DNA from: an uncultured delta proteobacterium
GTDB lineage: Bacteria; Desulfobacterota; Binatia; Binatales; Binataceae
Assembly: GCA_963711565.1 (NCBI GenBank)
Contig: CAVQEQ010000002.1
Coordinates: forward strand, 224,001 to 288,000
Length of the DNA stretch: 64,000 nt
Direction: 5' to 3'
Shown here: positions 9,543 through 19,412 of the stretch, one piece after another
Position numbering within the stretch: the first letter of the stretch is position 1
Layout: the number at the start of each line of letters is the position of its first letter
Notes under the pieces: generated by a model
What the model was told of the DNA's origin: nothing
The model's database searches: none
The model's input: only the letters and a program-made list of their open reading frames with translations
Position numbers and translations under genes: made by a program

Positions 9543-10769
9543 ATGGACAACATCATTGGAAATAACGGCGAAGTGCAATTCGCGAACGGCCAAAGCAGTC
9601 GCGATTTGCGAGTTGGCTCAGACGCCAACGAGTCGGAAACTCAGCTCCATGTGCGAGATCTGTTCGAGCCCACACCTTCGAGCGATCCACTGGAAGCCTT
9701 GCGCAGAGATTCCGACGAAGTTCTCGAGCGCCGGATCGAATTGCCCGATGGGCCTGGAGGAGAGTCCAGCATTTCGGGTGGAAGTCCACGGTACCGCCGC
9801 ATAACCAAACGAGTTGTATTGCTGGCGCTGCTTTTTCTCGCCGCTGGAGCGCTCTCCCCCTTCGCCTGGAACTATCTTCAATCGTACGAATCCACCGATG
9901 ACGCGCAAATAGACGGCCATATCGATCCGCTGAGCTCGCGCATCAACGGGACTGTTATTCGGGTCCACGCCGAGGACGACGACCGGGTCAAGGCGGGCGA
10001 ACTACTGGTCGAGATCGATCCGCGCGACTACCAGGTCGCGGTCGAGAACGCCGCGGCGAATCTGGCCATGGTTGAGCAGGTCGTGAAAGCGGCGCAGCAG
10101 AACTATGACCTCAGCGCCGCCAATCTCGCAGCGGCAGTAGCCACGAATAACAAGGCGCAAATGGACGTGAAGCGATATCGCGAACTGCTCGACCAGGGCG
10201 TGATCGCGCGCGAGACCAACGACCAAATCGTCATGACCGGCAAGGTCGATGCGGCCGCGGTGAACTCGGACAGCGCGGCGCAAGCTGCCGCGGCGAGGGT
10301 GATTGGCCAGGCCGAAGCCGCAGTGCAGGCCGCTCAGGCTTCATTGGATCAGGCGAGGCTCAACCTCAGCTACACAAAAATCTACGCACCCGCCAACGGC
10401 ATCGTCGGCAGACGCACCGTCGAGCTTGGCTCCCGGATCGAGCCGGGACAGACGCTGATGTTCGTGACCGAGACCGACGAGATTTGGGTGACCGCGGATT
10501 TCAAGGAGACGCAACTCGCGCGGATGCATCGCGGCGAGAGAGTCAGCGTCCACGTCGATACCTTCGGTCGCGACTACCGTGGCTACGTCAGGAACCTGCC
10601 CGGTGCGAGCGGCGATCGCTTCAGCCTGCTCCCGGCCGAGAATGCCACCGGCAACTATGTGAAGGTGGTGCAACGCCTGCCGGTGCGAATCGAGTTCGAC
10701 CCCGGACAGGATCCCGACCACCTGCTGCATCCCGGAATGTCGGTGGAGCCCAAAGTATGGCTGCGTTAG
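9543..10769 (+). CDS. emrA: HlyD/EmrA family efflux periplasmic adaptor
   Basis: ESTDDAQIDG, LVEIDPRDY, LNLSYTKIYAP, FKETQL, SLLPAENATGNYVKVVQRLPVRI. Confidence 0.9.
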   Translation: MDNIIGNNGEVQFANGQSSRDLRVGSDANESETQLHVRDLFEPTPSSDPLEALRRDSDEVLERRIELPDGPGGESSISGGSPRYRRITKRVVLLALLFLAAGALSPFAWNYLQSYESTDDAQIDGHIDPLSSRINGTVIRVHAEDDDRVKAGELLVEIDPRDYQVAVENAAANLAMVEQVVKAAQQNYDLSAANLAAAVATNNKAQMDVKRYRELLDQGVIARETNDQIVMTGKVDAAAVNSDSAAQAAAARVIGQAEAAVQAAQASLDQARLNLSYTKIYAPANGIVGRRTVELGSRIEPGQTLMFVTETDEIWVTADFKETQLARMHRGERVSVHVDTFGRDYRGYVRNLPGASGDRFSLLPAENATGNYVKVVQRLPVRIEFDPGQDPDHLLHPGMSVEPKVWLR

Positions 10770-12376
10770 CCGCACCGCGGATAGTCGCTATCGCCGAGGC
10801 GCCCGCCGAAGGGCCGGCGCACAATCCGTGGGCGATCGCGCTTGTGGTGACGATGGCAACGTTCATGGAGCTGCTCGATACCAGCATCTCCAACGTCTCG
10901 CTGCCACACATCGCGGGCGGTCTCGGTACCAGTTACGACGAAAGCACCTGGGTGCTGACCAGCTACCTGGTCGCCAACGCGATCATCCTGCCGATGAGCG
11001 CGTGGCTCAGCCGCGCCTTCGGCCGCAAGCGATATTACATGATGTGCGTCGCGCTCTTCACAGTGAGCTCGTTTCTATGCGGCGTCGCACCGAGCCTGGC
11101 AATGCTGATCGTGTTCCGCGTGATGCAGGGAGTCGGCGGCGGCGGCCTCGCGCCGGTCGAGCAAGCGATCCTGGTCGATACGTTTCCCAATGAAAAACTC
11201 GGTGGCGCATTCGCGCTCTACAGCATGGCGATGGTCACGGCTCCGGCGATCGGGCCGCCGCTCGGCGGATGGATTACCGACAACTTCTCGTGGCGATGGG
11301 TTTTCTTCATCAACGTTCCGATCGGAATCCTGTCGCTGTTGCTTTCGAGCCGGCTGGTGCACGACCCGCTCGAATTCACCGAGGAACGCAAGCAAGCGCG
11401 GCGCAGCGGCCAGCTTCGAATTGACTACGTCGGGATCACCCTGATCGCAGTCGGATTCGCCTGCCTTGAAGTGGTGCTGGATCGCGGCGAGCGCGACGAC
11501 TGGCTCGAAAGCCACTTCATCGCGACCTTCCTGGCGATTGCCGTCATCGCGATCGCGATCGCGATCTGGTGGGAGTGGCGCCACGACGATCCGGTGGTCG
11601 AGCTGACCCTGCTCCGCGAGCGCAACTTCGCCATCGCCAACGTATACTACTTCCTCTTCGCCTTCGGGCTCTTCGGCAGCACCGTGTTGATTCCCGAGAT
11701 GCTGCAGACGCTGTACGGATACACGGCCACGGACGCGGGCCTGGTGCTGGGACCCGGCGCCGCGGTTGTCACGCTAATGGCGCCGTTGGTCGTGCGGATC
11801 CTCCCGCGAATCGGCGCGAAACGCATGCTCGCCTTCAGCTTCACTATCGCCGCGCTTTCCTTCTTCTACTACAGCGGGATGACGCCCGAGACTGACTATT
11901 TCCACTTCGCGCTGGCGCGGGCCTTTCAGGGCTTCGGCTATGCCTTCATGTTCGTTCCAGTGACCCAGCTTGCGTATTCCTATTTGCCAAAAAACAAGAA
12001 CAACAAAGGATCGAGCCTAACCAACCTCTGCCGCAACTGGGGCGCCAGCTTCGGGATCTCGTTCGTCACCACGATGCTCGAGCGGCGCACGCAGTATCAC
12101 CAGAGCGTGCTGGTCGGCAACCTCACTTCTGCCGACGCAAGCGTGCAGCAGTTCGTCAAGACCTCGAGTCATTTCCTGGTAACCCGCGGAGCGACCACTC
12201 CGGATGCGATCCATCAGGCATACGGAATGGTTGAAAGCATGATGACCCAGCAGGCGGCGATGCTCGCGTTCATGGATTGTTTCCACCTGCTCGCGATCGT
12301 CGTGCTGGCCGGCCTGCCGCTGGCGTTACTGATCAAGCGTTTCGATATAGGCAAAGCGGCGAGCGCTGGGCACTGA
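10757..12376 (+). CDS. emrB: DHA2/EmrB family MFS efflux permease
   Basis: TFMELLDTSISNVSLPHI, WVLTSYLVANAI, WRWVFFINVPIG; 14-TM pattern; overlaps emrA end. Confidence 0.92.
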   Translation: MAALAAPRIVAIAEAPAEGPAHNPWAIALVVTMATFMELLDTSISNVSLPHIAGGLGTSYDESTWVLTSYLVANAIILPMSAWLSRAFGRKRYYMMCVALFTVSSFLCGVAPSLAMLIVFRVMQGVGGGGLAPVEQAILVDTFPNEKLGGAFALYSMAMVTAPAIGPPLGGWITDNFSWRWVFFINVPIGILSLLLSSRLVHDPLEFTEERKQARRSGQLRIDYVGITLIAVGFACLEVVLDRGERDDWLESHFIATFLAIAVIAIAIAIWWEWRHDDPVVELTLLRERNFAIANVYYFLFAFGLFGSTVLIPEMLQTLYGYTATDAGLVLGPGAAVVTLMAPLVVRILPRIGAKRMLAFSFTIAALSFFYYSGMTPETDYFHFALARAFQGFGYAFMFVPVTQLAYSYLPKNKNNKGSSLTNLCRNWGASFGISFVTTMLERRTQYHQSVLVGNLTSADASVQQFVKTSSHFLVTRGATTPDAIHQAYGMVESMMTQQAAMLAFMDCFHLLAIVVLAGLPLALLIKRFDIGKAASAGH

Positions 12377-12423
12377 ACCTGGGAGATCGCGTCGAGCATT
12401 CTCGACAAACAAGGATGGTCATC

Positions 12424-12531
12424 ATGGAAAACGAAATCAGCCAGTTGTTGTTGCTCACGATATTCTGCGTGGTGGCGATAGTCATCGCGGATTGGGCGAT
12501 GCGGCCAAGGAATCGCGACGACGACGATTGA
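12424..12531 (+). CDS. Putative 35-aa single-TM small protein
   Basis: MENEISQLLLLTIFCVVAIVIADWAMRPRNRDDDD; AAGGA RBS; directly after emrB. Confidence 0.45.
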   Translation: MENEISQLLLLTIFCVVAIVIADWAMRPRNRDDDD

Positions 12532-12555
12532 ACTTGCATCAGCCCGAAACTTTAT

Positions 12556-12666
12556 CTTGGTCCGAGTCTTGTATATACAAGCACCATGGCCTGAAAGATG
12601 TGCAACATCATTGAAGATCACGGCAAAAATCAATTCGCAAACGGCCAACGCCGTCGCGATTTGCGA
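12556..12666 (+). repeat. Diverged ~110-120 bp duplicate of 9490-9611 (operator plus first ~23 codons of emrA)
   Basis: Shared collinear blocks CTTGGTCCGA, GTATATACAAGCAC, CAACATCATTG, CAATTCGC.AACGGCCAA, GTCGCGATTTGCGA. Confidence 0.8.
12568..12581. promoter_or_regulatory. Second CTTGTATATACAAG operator upstream of the SDR pair
   Basis: Identical to the palindrome at 9502-9515. Confidence 0.7.
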
Positions 12667-12735
12667 TTTGCGTCTCCAGTTCCGCAGCGTCTTAGCTGAC
12701 TCGTATCGACACAACCACGTAAGGAGCAATTCACA

Positions 12736-13488
12736 ATGAGCGGGAAACTAGAAGGCAAAGTGGCAGTAGTCACCGGCGGAAATAGTGGCATCGGTCTGGC
12801 CACGGCGAAGCGATTCGTCGCGGAAGGCGCGTATGTCTTCATCACCGGGCGCCGTCCAGCAGAACTAGATGCGGCGAAGAAAGAGATCGGCAGCAACGTA
12901 ACCGGCGTTCAAGGGGATGTCGCCAAGCTCGCAGACCTTGATCGCCTGTTCGCGCAGATCAAGCGGGAGAAGGGCAAGCTCGATATCGTGTTCGCGAATG
13001 CCGGCGTCGCGGAACTCGCGCCCTTGGGAGAAATCACTGAAGAGCAGTTCGATCGAATCTTCGACATCAACGTAAAAGGACTGTTGTTCACCGTCCAGAA
13101 GGCTCTGCCTCTGATTCCCGACGGCGGATCGATCATCCTGAATGCCTCGATCGTGGCGTCCAAAGGCAATCCGGCGTCGAGCGTCTACAGCGCGACCAAG
13201 GCCGCGGTGCGGTCCTTCGCGCGCACGTGGACGATGGATTTGAAGGAACGGAAAATCCGCGTGAACGCGCTCAGTCCGGGTCCGATCAACACTCCCGCCT
13301 ATGACCGACTGGCGCAGTCCGGGCCGGCGGGCAGGCAGATGTTGGAGAGTATCGTGAACCGGGTCCCGATGGGCCGCTTCGGCACACCGGATGAAATCGC
13401 CAGAGCCGCGGTATTCCTCGCCTCGGACGACAGCACATTCGTCACCGGCACCGAGCTGTTCGTCAACGGCGGCGCCGCCCAAGTCTGA
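12736..13488 (+). CDS. Short-chain dehydrogenase/reductase
   Basis: [24 protein letters not shown]. Confidence 0.93.
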   Translation: MSGKLEGKVAVVTGGNSGIGLATAKRFVAEGAYVFITGRRPAELDAAKKEIGSNVTGVQGDVAKLADLDRLFAQIKREKGKLDIVFANAGVAELAPLGEITEEQFDRIFDINVKGLLFTVQKALPLIPDGGSIILNASIVASKGNPASSVYSATKAAVRSFARTWTMDLKERKIRVNALSPGPINTPAYDRLAQSGPAGRQMLESIVNRVPMGRFGTPDEIARAAVFLASDDSTFVTGTELFVNGGAAQV

Positions 13489-13566
13489 GTCCCCGATGCG
13501 GTGTGCAGTTGCGATCGGGCTTAAGCCTCAAACTAACCCATAAAATTGCTCTCATAGGAGTTCACG

Positions 13567-14313
13567 ATGAGTACCCCCGTTGTTTTGATCACTGGCGCCC
13601 TCACCGGCATCGGACGAGCCACCGCGATCGCTTTCGCGCGCGAAGGCGCGCGCGTCGTCGTCTCCGGCCGACGCGACGAAGTCGGCCAGAAATTAGCCGT
13701 TGAACTCCGCGAGATCGGCGTTGAGGCGGAGTACTGGCGCGCCGACGTACGCCACGAGGACGATGTGCGCGACCTGATCGATAAGACCGTCAAGCGCTTC
13801 GGCCGCCTCGACGTGGCCGTCAACAACGCCGGTACGGAAGGCAAGACTGGCCCTGTCACTGAGCAGACCGCCGAAAGCTATGCGGCCACCTTCGACACCA
13901 ACGTGCTAGGCACGCTGCTGAGCATGAAGCATGAGCTGCGCGTGATGCTGCCCCAAGGCAGCGGTAGCATAGTCAATGTTTCATCGGCCTACGGAAGCGT
14001 CGGCGCTCCCGGAGCGTCTGTTTACGTGGCGAGTAAACATGCGGTGGAAGGAATGACCAAGTCCGCCGCACTGGAAGTCGCCGGTACGGGCGTTCGGGTA
14101 AACGTAGTGGCTCCGGGCGCTACGGACACGGGCATGCTCACACGCTTCACTAACACAGATGAAAATAAGGCCGCACTTGTCTCGACCGTGCCGATGAAGC
14201 GTCTCGCAACGCCGGAGGAGATCGCTGATGTGATCGTCTTTGTAGGCTCCGCCAAAGCCTCATACATGACCGGTGCGTCGATCCCGGTGGATGGAGGAAT
14301 TCTCGCCAACTAA
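13567..14313 (+). CDS. Short-chain dehydrogenase/reductase
   Basis: TGALTGIG, NNAG, YVASK, NVVAPG. Confidence 0.93.
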   Translation: MSTPVVLITGALTGIGRATAIAFAREGARVVVSGRRDEVGQKLAVELREIGVEAEYWRADVRHEDDVRDLIDKTVKRFGRLDVAVNNAGTEGKTGPVTEQTAESYAATFDTNVLGTLLSMKHELRVMLPQGSGSIVNVSSAYGSVGAPGASVYVASKHAVEGMTKSAALEVAGTGVRVNVVAPGATDTGMLTRFTNTDENKAALVSTVPMKRLATPEEIADVIVFVGSAKASYMTGASIPVDGGILAN

Positions 14314-14550
14314 ATGCTACGAGGTGCCCGATCTCGGGGCGTTCCATAGCCGAAGCTTATTCAAGCTGCCCCTTGATCGCCGCCTGCAGGAAGAGAAGAT
14401 CAAAGGTCAGCTCCGTCACGAAAATGAATCGTTCTGTGCGGATGGCGGCGCGGCGCTCGTAACGTCGGTATCACAGGCACCGGCTCGAAAATCCAACCAA
14501 TAGCAATCTCTTGCCTGCCGAGGGCCTCCGGGAGCACCTTTGGAGGCACG

Positions 14551-15723
14551 ATGAACACGTCTCACCAATCGACATCTGCGCCCGCCCGCAGAATCCAGTT
14601 CGCCTTCACCGACGAGCAGGAGCAATTCCGCTCGGCGGTTCGGCGATTTCTAAACGACAAATCTCCTACCACTGAGGTTCGGCGGCTGATGGCGACTGCC
14701 GAGGGGTACGATTCCACGGTGTGGCGTCAGTTGAGCGAGGATCTCGCGCTGCCCGGCATCCACGTACCGGAGCAATATGGCGGCGCAGGGTTCGGCATGG
14801 TGGAGCTCTGTATCGTCACGGAGGAGCTTGGCCGCGCACTACTTTGTGCCCCTTATTTTTCATCAGCCGTGCTCGCTGCCAATGCGATTCTAAGCGCAGG
14901 TACCGAGGAGCAGAAATCCGCCTTGTTGCCCGATATCGCAAAAGGGGTTCGCCTGGCGACGCTTGCGGTCGCCGAGCCCGATGGCAATTGGGATCCAGCC
15001 GGTATCAAGGTTGTCGCCACTCCTGATTCGGACGGCTTCCGTCTCGATGGAGTGAAAAGTTTCGTCGTGGACGGCCACGTCGCGGAGCGGTTGATCGTCG
15101 CCGCACGCGCGCCGAAGACTACCGGCCTCGAGGGGCTGGCGCTGTTCACGCTCGATGCGAATGGCGCCGGCGTGGAGCGACGCCTTCTGGAATCTATGGA
15201 TCCTACCCGCAAGATCGCGCGCATTGAGTTTCGCGGCGCTCATGCGAAATTGCTCGGCAACCACGATGATGGTGCAGAGCCGATTCTCCGTACTCTCGAT
15301 CGGGCGGCGATCGCGCTTGCCAACGAGATGGTGGGCGGTGCCCAGGCCCTGCTCGACTCGGCGTTAAATTATGCGAAGCTGCGGGTGCAGTTCGGGCGAA
15401 CCATAGGATCGTTCCAGGCCATCAAGCACAAGCTCGCCGATATGCTGCTGGACGTGGAGCTGGCCAAGTCGGCGGCCTACTACGCAGCTCAAGCCGTCGC
15501 GGCGCACGATCCCGAGTGGCCGGCACTCGCCAGTCTCGCCAAAGCTGCCGCGTCAGAAACGTACCTGCATACTGCCGTCGAATGTATTCAGATTCACGGC
15601 GGCATCGGCTTTACGTGGGACAACGACACGCATCTGTGGTTCAAGCGAGCAAAAAGCTCGGAAGTGTTCCTCGGTCAACCGAGTTATCACCGGGAACTCC
15701 TGATGCAACGCTGGGGAGTTTGA
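14551..15723 (+). CDS. Acyl-CoA dehydrogenase (probable non-catalytic subunit of a heteromeric pair)
   Basis: FTDEQ, RVQFGRTIGSFQAIKH, QIHGGIGFTW. Confidence 0.9.
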   Translation: MNTSHQSTSAPARRIQFAFTDEQEQFRSAVRRFLNDKSPTTEVRRLMATAEGYDSTVWRQLSEDLALPGIHVPEQYGGAGFGMVELCIVTEELGRALLCAPYFSSAVLAANAILSAGTEEQKSALLPDIAKGVRLATLAVAEPDGNWDPAGIKVVATPDSDGFRLDGVKSFVVDGHVAERLIVAARAPKTTGLEGLALFTLDANGAGVERRLLESMDPTRKIARIEFRGAHAKLLGNHDDGAEPILRTLDRAAIALANEMVGGAQALLDSALNYAKLRVQFGRTIGSFQAIKHKLADMLLDVELAKSAAYYAAQAVAAHDPEWPALASLAKAAASETYLHTAVECIQIHGGIGFTWDNDTHLWFKRAKSSEVFLGQPSYHRELLMQRWGV

Positions 15724-15726
15724 ACG

Positions 15727-16971
15727 ATGAGCAACGTCAGCGAAGCCGAGGTGCGTGCCGAAGTGCGCGAGTGGCTGGCGGCCAACTGGGATCCCGATAT
15801 GCCACTGGTGGAGTGGCGCCGCAAGCTCGCGGACTCTGGCTGGGGAATGCCGCAATGGCCGAAGGAATGGTACGGCCGCGGGCTTACGCACGCGCTGGCG
15901 CGAGTGGTGGAGGAGGAGTTCGCCAACGTCGGCGCTGTCCGCGCCGCTAACTCCGGAGTTCGATTGCTGGCCGCGGCAACCCTACTGGAGCACGGATCTG
16001 ATCAGCAAAAAAAGAAGTTCCTTCGACGTATTCTCACCGGGGAGGATACCTGGTGCCAGTTCTTCAGCGAGCCGGGCAGCGGTTCCGATCTCGCCGGCGC
16101 CACTACCCGCGCGGATTTGAAGGGCGACTTTTGGATCGTCAACGGACAGAAGGTGTGGACTACCAGTGCGCATCATGCCGACCACGGTCTGTTGCTCGCC
16201 CGTACCGATTGGGACGCGCCTAAGCACGAGGGCCTCTCGTATTTCGTGATCGACGTGAAGCAGCCCGGCGTTGACGTGCAACCGCTCAGGCAGATGAATG
16301 GCCATGCGTCGTTTAACCAGGTGTTCTTCACCGACGCGAAAATCCCGAAGGAGAATCTGGTGGGGCGCGTCGGCGATGGATGGAAGGTGGCGATGACGAC
16401 GCTCGCGCACGAGCGCCGCGGCGCCGACGGACTGCCGGCGCCGTCAAAGCACGGAACGCGGGTTGGAAAGATACACGCCGAAGAGCGGGCCGAAACCGAA
16501 AAGGCGAATCAGCCCTACAAGTGGTATCCGCAGCGCGCCGGCCGCGTGGACCTCATCATCGAGCGCGCGAAGGAGACGGGCGCGAACAAGGATCCTTACG
16601 TCCGTCAGGAGATCGCCAGGCTGATGACCCTCGCCAAATGCGCCGAATGGACCGCGCGCCGCGCGCGCGCCGCTCAGCAACAGGGACGGCCGCAAGGTCC
16701 GGAAGGCTCGCTCGGAAAGCTCGCAGCCAGTCACGTCGCGCGATCTTGCTCCCGCGTACATACGCTGATTACGGGCACTGAAGCGATGCTCACTGGACGC
16801 GAAAGCCCGCGGGAAGGAATCATCGCCGAAATTCTGGTCTCGGTGCCCGCCGTTTCGATCGCCGGGGGCACCGACGAAATCCAGCGCAACATCATCGCCG
16901 AGCGTGTGCTCGAGCTACCCAAGGAACCCCGGTTCGACACCGGCCCATTCCGCGACGTGCGAAAGAACTAG
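15727..16971 (+). CDS. Acyl-CoA dehydrogenase (probable catalytic subunit)
   Basis: WCQFFSEPGSGSDLA, NGQKVWT, IAGGTDEIQRNIIAER. Confidence 0.92.
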   Translation: MSNVSEAEVRAEVREWLAANWDPDMPLVEWRRKLADSGWGMPQWPKEWYGRGLTHALARVVEEEFANVGAVRAANSGVRLLAAATLLEHGSDQQKKKFLRRILTGEDTWCQFFSEPGSGSDLAGATTRADLKGDFWIVNGQKVWTTSAHHADHGLLLARTDWDAPKHEGLSYFVIDVKQPGVDVQPLRQMNGHASFNQVFFTDAKIPKENLVGRVGDGWKVAMTTLAHERRGADGLPAPSKHGTRVGKIHAEERAETEKANQPYKWYPQRAGRVDLIIERAKETGANKDPYVRQEIARLMTLAKCAEWTARRARAAQQQGRPQGPEGSLGKLAASHVARSCSRVHTLITGTEAMLTGRESPREGIIAEILVSVPAVSIAGGTDEIQRNIIAERVLELPKEPRFDTGPFRDVRKN

Positions 16972-16975
16972 GTCG

Positions 16976-17428
16976 TTACTCGTCGCTGGAAGTCAGCGTC
17001 AGTACCGGGCACGCAGCCCGGCGCACGATCTGTTCAGCCACGCTGCCCAGGAGGAACTGGGTAAGCCCGTGGTGCCCGTGAGTATTTAGAACTATTAGAT
17101 CGGTGTGCAGGTCGGTCGCCACCTCTAACACGACCTTGGAAGTCTCGCCTCCAACGTCGAAGACTCGCGTGATGGCTTCGAATTTGAGTCCGGCCAGCTT
17201 TTCGGCGGCCATAGCCTGGAGCTTGAGACACGCGTCGGCCTCGGCGCGATTCTTCGCGGAGGCGACTACAGTTTCGGGCGCGTCAACCGCCTCTATCAAC
17301 GCCACGACATGCAGCAGGTAGATCGTTGCGTCCATGTCCCTGGCGATCTTCGAGGCCAGCGTCAGCGCTGCCTGCTCAGAATCTTCGAACTGTATGGGAC
17401 AGAGAATTTTCTTGAACGGATAAGACAC
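16976..17428 (-). CDS. Universal stress protein (UspA family)
   Basis: KKILCPI, LLHV, DLIVL.THG..G...[18 protein letters not shown]. Confidence 0.9.
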   Translation of the reverse strand: MSYPFKKILCPIQFEDSEQAALTLASKIARDMDATIYLLHVVALIEAVDAPETVVASAKNRAEADACLKLQAMAAEKLAGLKFEAITRVFDVGGETSKVVLEVATDLHTDLIVLNTHGHHGLTQFLLGSVAEQIVRRAACPVLTLTSSDE

Positions 17429-17564
17429 TAGCCAAATATATCAGTTTCGCGGAGAACCCTGAATTAAATCTGCGAGCCGAAGTGGTGGCGAGTGAATCTG
17501 TTGCATCGACTGGCGAATTTCCTTGACGGCAGTGGGGCTATGCTGGGACTATAGATTCGCAAAT

Positions 17565-17618
17565 GGTGATGGGGTTCACCGATTAACCGCTCTCTGTTTC
17601 AGAGGCTGATGACCCCTG
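17565..17618 (+). ncRNA. Fluoride riboswitch #1 (crcB motif), upstream of ilvD
   Basis: GGTGATGGGGTTCACC..TAACCGC..(P2)..GCTGATGACCCCT matches consensus; P1 and pseudoknot GGGGT/ACCCC pair. Confidence 0.92.
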
Positions 17619-17645
17619 CGGAAAAAGCCGTAGGGGTTTATTTTT
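17612..17645 (+). terminator. Riboswitch #1 intrinsic terminator
   Basis: ACCCCTGCGG-AAAAAG-CCGTAGGGGT followed by TTATTTTT; overlaps aptamer 3' strand. Confidence 0.85.
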
Positions 17646-17686
17646 GGAAGAGCGCCAGGGTTTCTTCAATAAGAGGATACGATACC

Positions 17687-19360
17687 ATGCCTGAAAATCT
17701 TAGAAGTAAGACGATTACCGAGGGCGTCCAACGTTCACCGAATCGGTCAATGCTGCGCGCCGTTGGCTTCACCGACAGTGATTTTCAGAAGCCAATTATC
17801 GGTATCGCCAACGCGTACAGCACGATCACCCCATGCAACATAAGTCTGAACGTACTCGCGCAGCGCGCAGAGTCCGCACTCAAGACGTCGGGTGCGATGC
17901 CGCAGGTATTCGGCACCATCACGGTTAGCGATGGCATAGCGATGGGAACCGAGGGCATGAAGTACTCGCTGGTATCGCGCGAGGTGATCGCGGATTCCAT
18001 CGAGACGGCGTGCAGCGCTCAGTCGATGGACGGCGTAGTTGCGATCGGCGGTTGCGACAAGAACATGCCGGGCTCGATGATGGCGATCGCGCGGATGAAT
18101 ATTCCAGCGATCTTCGTTTACGGTGGAACGATCAAGCCGGGACACTACAACGGCCGCGATCTGACGATCGTGAGCGCCTTCGAAGCAGTCGGGGAATTCA
18201 GCGCTCACAAGATCGGCGAGAAAGAATTGCTCGAGGTCGAGCGCCGCGCGTGTCCTGGGGCGGGTTCGTGCGGCGGGATGTATACCGCCAACACAATGTC
18301 GTCGGCGATCGAGGCGATGGGCATGAGCCTGCCGTATTCGTCAACGATGGCGGCCGAAGATTCCGAGAAGGCCGACAGTGCCGCGAAATCGGCGCAAGCC
18401 GTTGTCCAGGCGGTGCGCACGCAATTGCTGCCGCGACAAATCATGACGCGCAAGGCGTTCGAGAATGCGATCTCAGTCGTGATGGCGGTGGGAGGATCGA
18501 CCAACGCCGTACTCCATCTGCTCGCGATGGCTCACACGGCTGAAGTGCCGCTGACTATCGACGACTTCGAGACGATTCGTCAGCGCGTACCGGTCCTGTG
18601 CGACATGAAGCCGTCGGGGCCTTACGCCACGACTGACTTGCACCGCGCGGGCGGGATCCCGCAGGTGATGAAAATGCTCCTGAACCGAGGGCTGCTGCAC
18701 GGTGACGCGATCACCATCACCGGAAAAACGATTGCGGAGAATCTGGCCGAAGTCCCCGATGCGCCGGGTACGGATCAGGCGGTCATTCATCAGTGGAATA
18801 AGCCGGTCTATCCGCAGGGTCATCTGGCAATCATGCGGGGGAACCTGGCAACTGAAGGCGCCGTCGCAAAGATCACCGGGATAAAGAGCCATCACATTAC
18901 GGGACCGGCACGAGTGTTCGAAAGCGAGGAAGACTGCCTGAGTTCGATCCTCGCGGGCAAGATCAAAGCCGGTGACGTGGTCGTGATTCGCTACGAAGGG
19001 CCGAAGGGCGGACCTGGGATGCGCGAGATGCTGTCACCGACCTCGGCGATCATCGGCGCCGGGCTCGGCGATGCGGTCGGACTCATAACCGACGGCCGTT
19101 TCTCGGGCGGTACCTATGGTTTGGTTGTGGGACACGTCGCCCCGGAAGCACAGGTGGGCGGACTGATCGCGCTGGTGCACGAAGGGGACTCGATCACGAT
19201 CGATGCGAACAAACATCTGCTTACGCTGAATGTGCCCGAAGCCGAGATCGCGCGGCGCCGGTCCGAATGGCGAGCGCCTAAGCCCCGATACACCCGAGGC
19301 GTGCTGGCGAAGTACGCGGCTCAAGTGTCATCGAGTAGCATCGGGGCCGTGACGGACTAA
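17687..19360 (+). CDS. ilvD: Dihydroxy-acid dehydratase
   Basis: [64 protein letters not shown]; GAGGA RBS before ATG 17687. Confidence 0.95.
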   Translation: MPENLRSKTITEGVQRSPNRSMLRAVGFTDSDFQKPIIGIANAYSTITPCNISLNVLAQRAESALKTSGAMPQVFGTITVSDGIAMGTEGMKYSLVSREVIADSIETACSAQSMDGVVAIGGCDKNMPGSMMAIARMNIPAIFVYGGTIKPGHYNGRDLTIVSAFEAVGEFSAHKIGEKELLEVERRACPGAGSCGGMYTANTMSSAIEAMGMSLPYSSTMAAEDSEKADSAAKSAQAVVQAVRTQLLPRQIMTRKAFENAISVVMAVGGSTNAVLHLLAMAHTAEVPLTIDDFETIRQRVPVLCDMKPSGPYATTDLHRAGGIPQVMKMLLNRGLLHGDAITITGKTIAENLAEVPDAPGTDQAVIHQWNKPVYPQGHLAIMRGNLATEGAVAKITGIKSHHITGPARVFESEEDCLSSILAGKIKAGDVVVIRYEGPKGGPGMREMLSPTSAIIGAGLGDAVGLITDGRFSGGTYGLVVGHVAPEAQVGGLIALVHEGDSITIDANKHLLTLNVPEAEIARRRSEWRAPKPRYTRGVLAKYAAQVSSSSIGAVTD

Positions 19361-19412
19361 CGGGGTCGCCGCACATAGCCCTCTAACCGCGTGGGCATAG
19401 AAGTGTCCTTGG

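Noticed and set aside
17609-17686. ORF-track N-terminal extensions of ilvD (17609), ppa (24856) and the 24857 ORF (25354)
   Set aside because: They run through riboswitch aptamers or terminators; downstream ATGs fit homology and RBS position
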